NCBI RefSeq assembly: GCF_001194135.2
Contig: NC_068990.1
Coordinates: forward strand, 15,711,711-15,775,710
Direction: 5' to 3'
DNA: 64,000 bases
Source of the DNA: Octopus bimaculoides
Lineage: Eukaryota
Of this stretch, positions 60,202 through 64,000 are shown one piece after another. The stretch's first letter is position 1, and the number at the start of each line of letters is the position of its first letter. The notes beneath the pieces were generated by a model that saw nothing but the letters and a program-made list of their open reading frames with translations, was not told where the DNA came from and did no database searches. Both the position numbers and the translations under genes were made by a program.

Positions 60202-61350
60202 CTGCAATATTGAATTATGCAAAAATATTTAGTGAAGCACTACACAGAACAGGGAGAGGAAAAAACAAAACAAAAACCTGTATACTTATAATACCCTCAG
60301 TTCAACCAAAAGCCATACATGTTCAATAATGTATGAAGCCAGGACACTATTTTATAGTGATTTCAAATCCATTTGCTCATCTTTCTGTAGTCTACCTTCA
60401 TCGACTACAACAGTCTTGCAACTAAGTTATATAATAGGAAGTATGAAAGAGTAGACAAAGCTATCCTGATTATGTAACCAAAATGCCAGTAGTACATCCA
60501 TCTTAAGATTGATAAAGGAGCCAATTGTTCAACCAACTGAATATATTTATTTGCCCACAGGGGCTAAACATATGGAGGGCAACAATGACAAAGGGATTGA
60601 GTCAATTACATTGACCCCAGTGCATAACTGGTACTTATTTAATCGACCCTAAAAGGATGAAAGGTAAAGTTAACCTCAGCAGAATTTGAACTCAGAATGT
60701 GATGGCAGACGAAAATACGCTAAGCATTTTGCCCTGTGTGCAACAATCCTGCCAGTGAGCCACCAACTGAATAATCTGTTCCTGAATTCAAGTGTCTAAA
60801 CACGACAATTCCACTGGTGTGTATACCCTTAATGCAATTCCCAGTTCGCATCACCATCATAGTACTTTAATTAAACTCTCAGTCAGCACCACCACAACAG
60901 TGACATGGCTGTACTCTTTGAATTACAGATACAAACCATCCGATGTGCTCTTATAGTCTCCATCCACCTGACTTCGACATTCATTCCAAGATGCTACAAC
61001 AGGATCTAACCCAAACCAATATACTAACATCAAAATGTCAAATACTTAGAATTTTGTAACTGAAAACGATAGAGATCCTGTTTTCAAACTTAAAAACACA
61101 AACCAATGAAAGGAACTTTTACATGGTGCTGGAGTTAACAGAAATAAATATACTTATATATCAGTGACATGCCGTACAAAATAGCTTGAGGTATTTGGCT
61201 CCACTCCAGTTAAGGCCTCTTACCATTATAAGTTATAAAATAAGCACCAGACACCGTTAAGTATCTTCTAGCAATCCTGGAGGGAGTGCTCAAGCTAAAC
61301 ATACACATGGGAAACTTTAACACAAAATGCTAAAAAACCACAGTACATAC

Positions 61351-61491
61351 CTTTGGCAGGAGCAGCAGCTGCGTCACCAGCAGGTGCAGCACCACCAGCT
61401 GGTGCTCCACCAGCTGGTGCAGCTGCCATGCTGCCTATATTGGAAAGCATCGCCTTGATGTCCACACCATCCAAAGCACGAGCAAACAGAG
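61351..61491 (-). CDS. RPLP1: 60S acidic ribosomal protein P1, internal exon LFARALDGVDIKAMLSNIGSMAAAPAGG...APAK
   Basis: P1-type LFAxAL core plus Ala/Gly/Pro hinge. Acceptor tttttacag, donor AAG|gtatgt, 141 bp, phase 1 to 1. Confidence 0.93.
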
Positions 61492-61546
61492 CTGTAAAAA
61501 AATATTTCAATATGTATTAGACTACAACAGAAACAGTAAATAACAG

Positions 61547-61594
<48 letters not shown>

Positions 61595-61699
61595 CCAACA
61601 AAATTCATTATTTACAATGCTGAAAGTGTCTCTGAAACTTAACCTCAAGTTAGAATATTTATTATTCCAACTTAACATAAAAAGGGTTTCAGCATGAGT

Positions 61700-61818
61700 T
61701 GATGTAGCAAGCCTCAGGAGGACACCTGGTATATACACCAAGCACCGCATATTCTTGCATGTTTCACCAGTGAACACAATACATAGAAAATACATTGCTA
61801 TAACAGAACTGCTACATA
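61700..61818 (-). ncRNA. Candidate intronic box H/ACA snoRNA
   Basis: Two predicted hairpins. The 3' one has a GCAAG/CUUGC lower stem, an internal pocket, a GU-rich upper stem, then U-ACA-UCA. The hinge AAACAU is one mismatch from ANANNA. Confidence 0.35.
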
Positions 61819-62523
61819 TCAATACAAAATGCCTAGCAGCTCAATACCCCTTGAACCACACCCTAAGCTAATCCTGTAGCTAGACATACACTAACTCATA
61901 AAACTTACCCAGCCAAATCAATCACATTATATCATCATCGTCGTTTAACGGCCGCTTTCCATGCTGGCATGGGTCGGACAGCTGCACCTGGCAAGGTTTC
62001 CACAGCTGGATGCCCTCCCTAACGCCAACCACTGAGGGTGTAGTGGGTGCTTTTCATGTGCCATCGACACGGGAGCCAGTCAGGCAGCACTGGCATCGGC
62101 CACACTAGAATGGCACTTTTCACGCACCAATCATTCCATAATATATACACTTAGTTCTGGGTTCAGCCCCACTGCACAGTACCATGGACAAGTGCTTTTA
62201 CTACACGGAGTCAATCAACGCCTTGTAAACAGATATGATGGAAAGAAACTGAAAGAAACCGCCGTATGTGTACAATGAGCTAGTTCCTCCCAAACTCAAC
62301 AATGCATGACTGCTGTAAACGACTACCAATCACACAAAGTGTTCAACTATTTGCAGCTTCACATGAAAACATGACTAGCAAAGGAGAAAAACGATCCTAC
62401 TTAGAAACAGGTGAGGGCCAGTGAAATAAAGAGCATCTTATTGTAGAAAATCTACTTGAACCCCTCTAAACTCATACAAGAAAAGTTGATGTCAAAGCAT
62501 GACACAAGCTGCAACACAAAGGG

Positions 62524-62684
62524 CAGTGTAACAGTAAAAAGAGTATTCTAAGTTGGTCAGTGGCTCAACTTGCTTATTTTAATTTCTGGGCCACCACTTC
62601 ACACTACACTCGTAGTTTATAAGTACTTAATGACATCTAGCGAGGTTAAAAAGCAACCTTAATGATTTTCCGTTAAGCACTTGC
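62524..62684 (-). ncRNA. Second candidate intronic H/ACA-like RNA
   Basis: 10-bp lower stem AAGUGCUUAA/UUAAGUACUU, H-box-like AAACUA, second hairpin and a downstream ACA. Confidence 0.25.
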
Positions 62685-64000
62685 TGCACAAATACTACAA
62701 TCGGTTTATTCACACCATTTATTTTAAGACAAACCGAACAAATGCGAACAATCAAACCAGATTCACATGAATTTTACACATGCAAATGTCTAATTTAAGT
62801 TTTCAGATTTCTTGTGCACAGATTATGCGAACATTTTCAAATTTGATGCATTTATGTCAATTTTCATGCTGAATCCAATTGTTTCCTTGCATGACTACTT
62901 CAGCACAGAATGAACTGTTGCCGTGTAAACAGAAAAAGAATTTATCACAGTGCTTTAAAGAATACGCTACAATTTTACTGAAGATGACCAGTCAAAGGAA
63001 CACTGCTAAAAGATCTTGGTGTCTCCACCACCGAGTCCCTTTCTCCTTACTTCAATGACCCTTGTATCATTCACGTTTCGTAGGCACTCCTACTTTTTTT
63101 CTTACCACCACTATTTCCATTTAATACTCTAGCCAATCATGTTTACTGTTACTCATTCCCCCATCACCACCATCCGCCCACCTCACCTCTCTAAAAGCCA
63201 ACCTTGTTCTACTCACAATTGCTGCTACTGTGAAAATAAAGCCCCAACAAATTGTAAAGAGTTTGGTGCCAGGAAGGCTATGCAGCCATAAAAACCATGG
63301 GCAAATACATTCGAGTAACCAGACCATCCAACTCATACCAACAAGGAAAGCAAATATAAATTGAAAATTGCACTCCCTACTGAATTGTAGTTAAATTGTA
63401 TTCGCCCCGCTTAACACGCTCCTACAAAGACTGCAGTTAATCGATCTGGCCACACCGAAAAATTTGGATTTGTGTTCAAAGCCCCAGAAAATTATCGAGT
63501 AATTACATAGACAGGCTGAGGTAAATACGCACACCAACCGTTTTCGGCGTAACCCTAAACACAGAGTGAGCGTATTTTTTAACCCGCCCACGGGCAATCT
63601 TAGTTAATTCGTCCCTTCAACTCCAGTATATTAACATTTATAGAGTAACTCGCAACATTTTGAAAAGATATTAAATATTACGCAGTAAGTGACTAACGTT
63701 AGCTTCCCCAGAACTACGCAATATGAGAAAAATGTTTTACGATTTAAAAACAAAAATTTCTTAAAAATACTTTTGAATTCAGTTTTTTTTTTTGGTAGAG
63801 ATGGACTATATGTAATCTGAACCTCCCCCCACCCTTATTTATTAATTTTTTTTTACGGAATCCCACGTTTTAGGCTATGGAGATTCCGATTCTGAAAAAA
63901 AAATTTTGAAAAATTTCAACCCCCCCCCTACCAAGCAGGCTATTTACATGCTAGAAATAACAGCCAAATCTCACAAAACTAGGGTTAGGGTTACCCTGTG

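Noticed and set aside
63980-63993. Telomere-like TAGGGTTAGGGTTA
   Set aside because: Only about two units; too short to call an interstitial telomere.
61492-64000. RPLP1 5' exons (MAS..ELAC, ..WP)
   Set aside because: No matching exon found; they presumably lie beyond the window.

Overview
AT-rich, repeat-dense eukaryotic DNA. The repeat families and microsatellite load suggest an octopus (coleoid cephalopod) genome; this is inference. Two spliced minus-strand genes are present. (1) A kinesin-13 (KIF2A/MCAK-like) gene: I traced 10 confident coding exons from the ATG at 48285 down to 885, and the gene continues off the left edge. It has an 18.85-kb first intron with a GC donor, a motif-rich promoter at about 48.6-49.0 kb, and several candidate lineage-specific linker exons. 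(2) The 3' three coding exons of 60S acidic ribosomal protein P1 (RPLP1) at 59861-61491; its 5' exons were not found and probably lie beyond the right edge. The rest is SINE-like elements, RTE/Tx1/Penelope-like fragments, decayed mariners, piggyBac- and hAT-type MITEs, a non-autonomous Helitron and microsatellites. Best leads: an 85-nt pre-miRNA-like hairpin, a perfect 259-bp intronic inverted duplication, a phase-closing exon/microexon pair in the kinesin linker, and two H/ACA-snoRNA-like folds in an RPLP1 intron. No CRISPR array, rRNA or intact tRNA was seen. Repeat boundaries are approximate; exon boundaries were read base by base.
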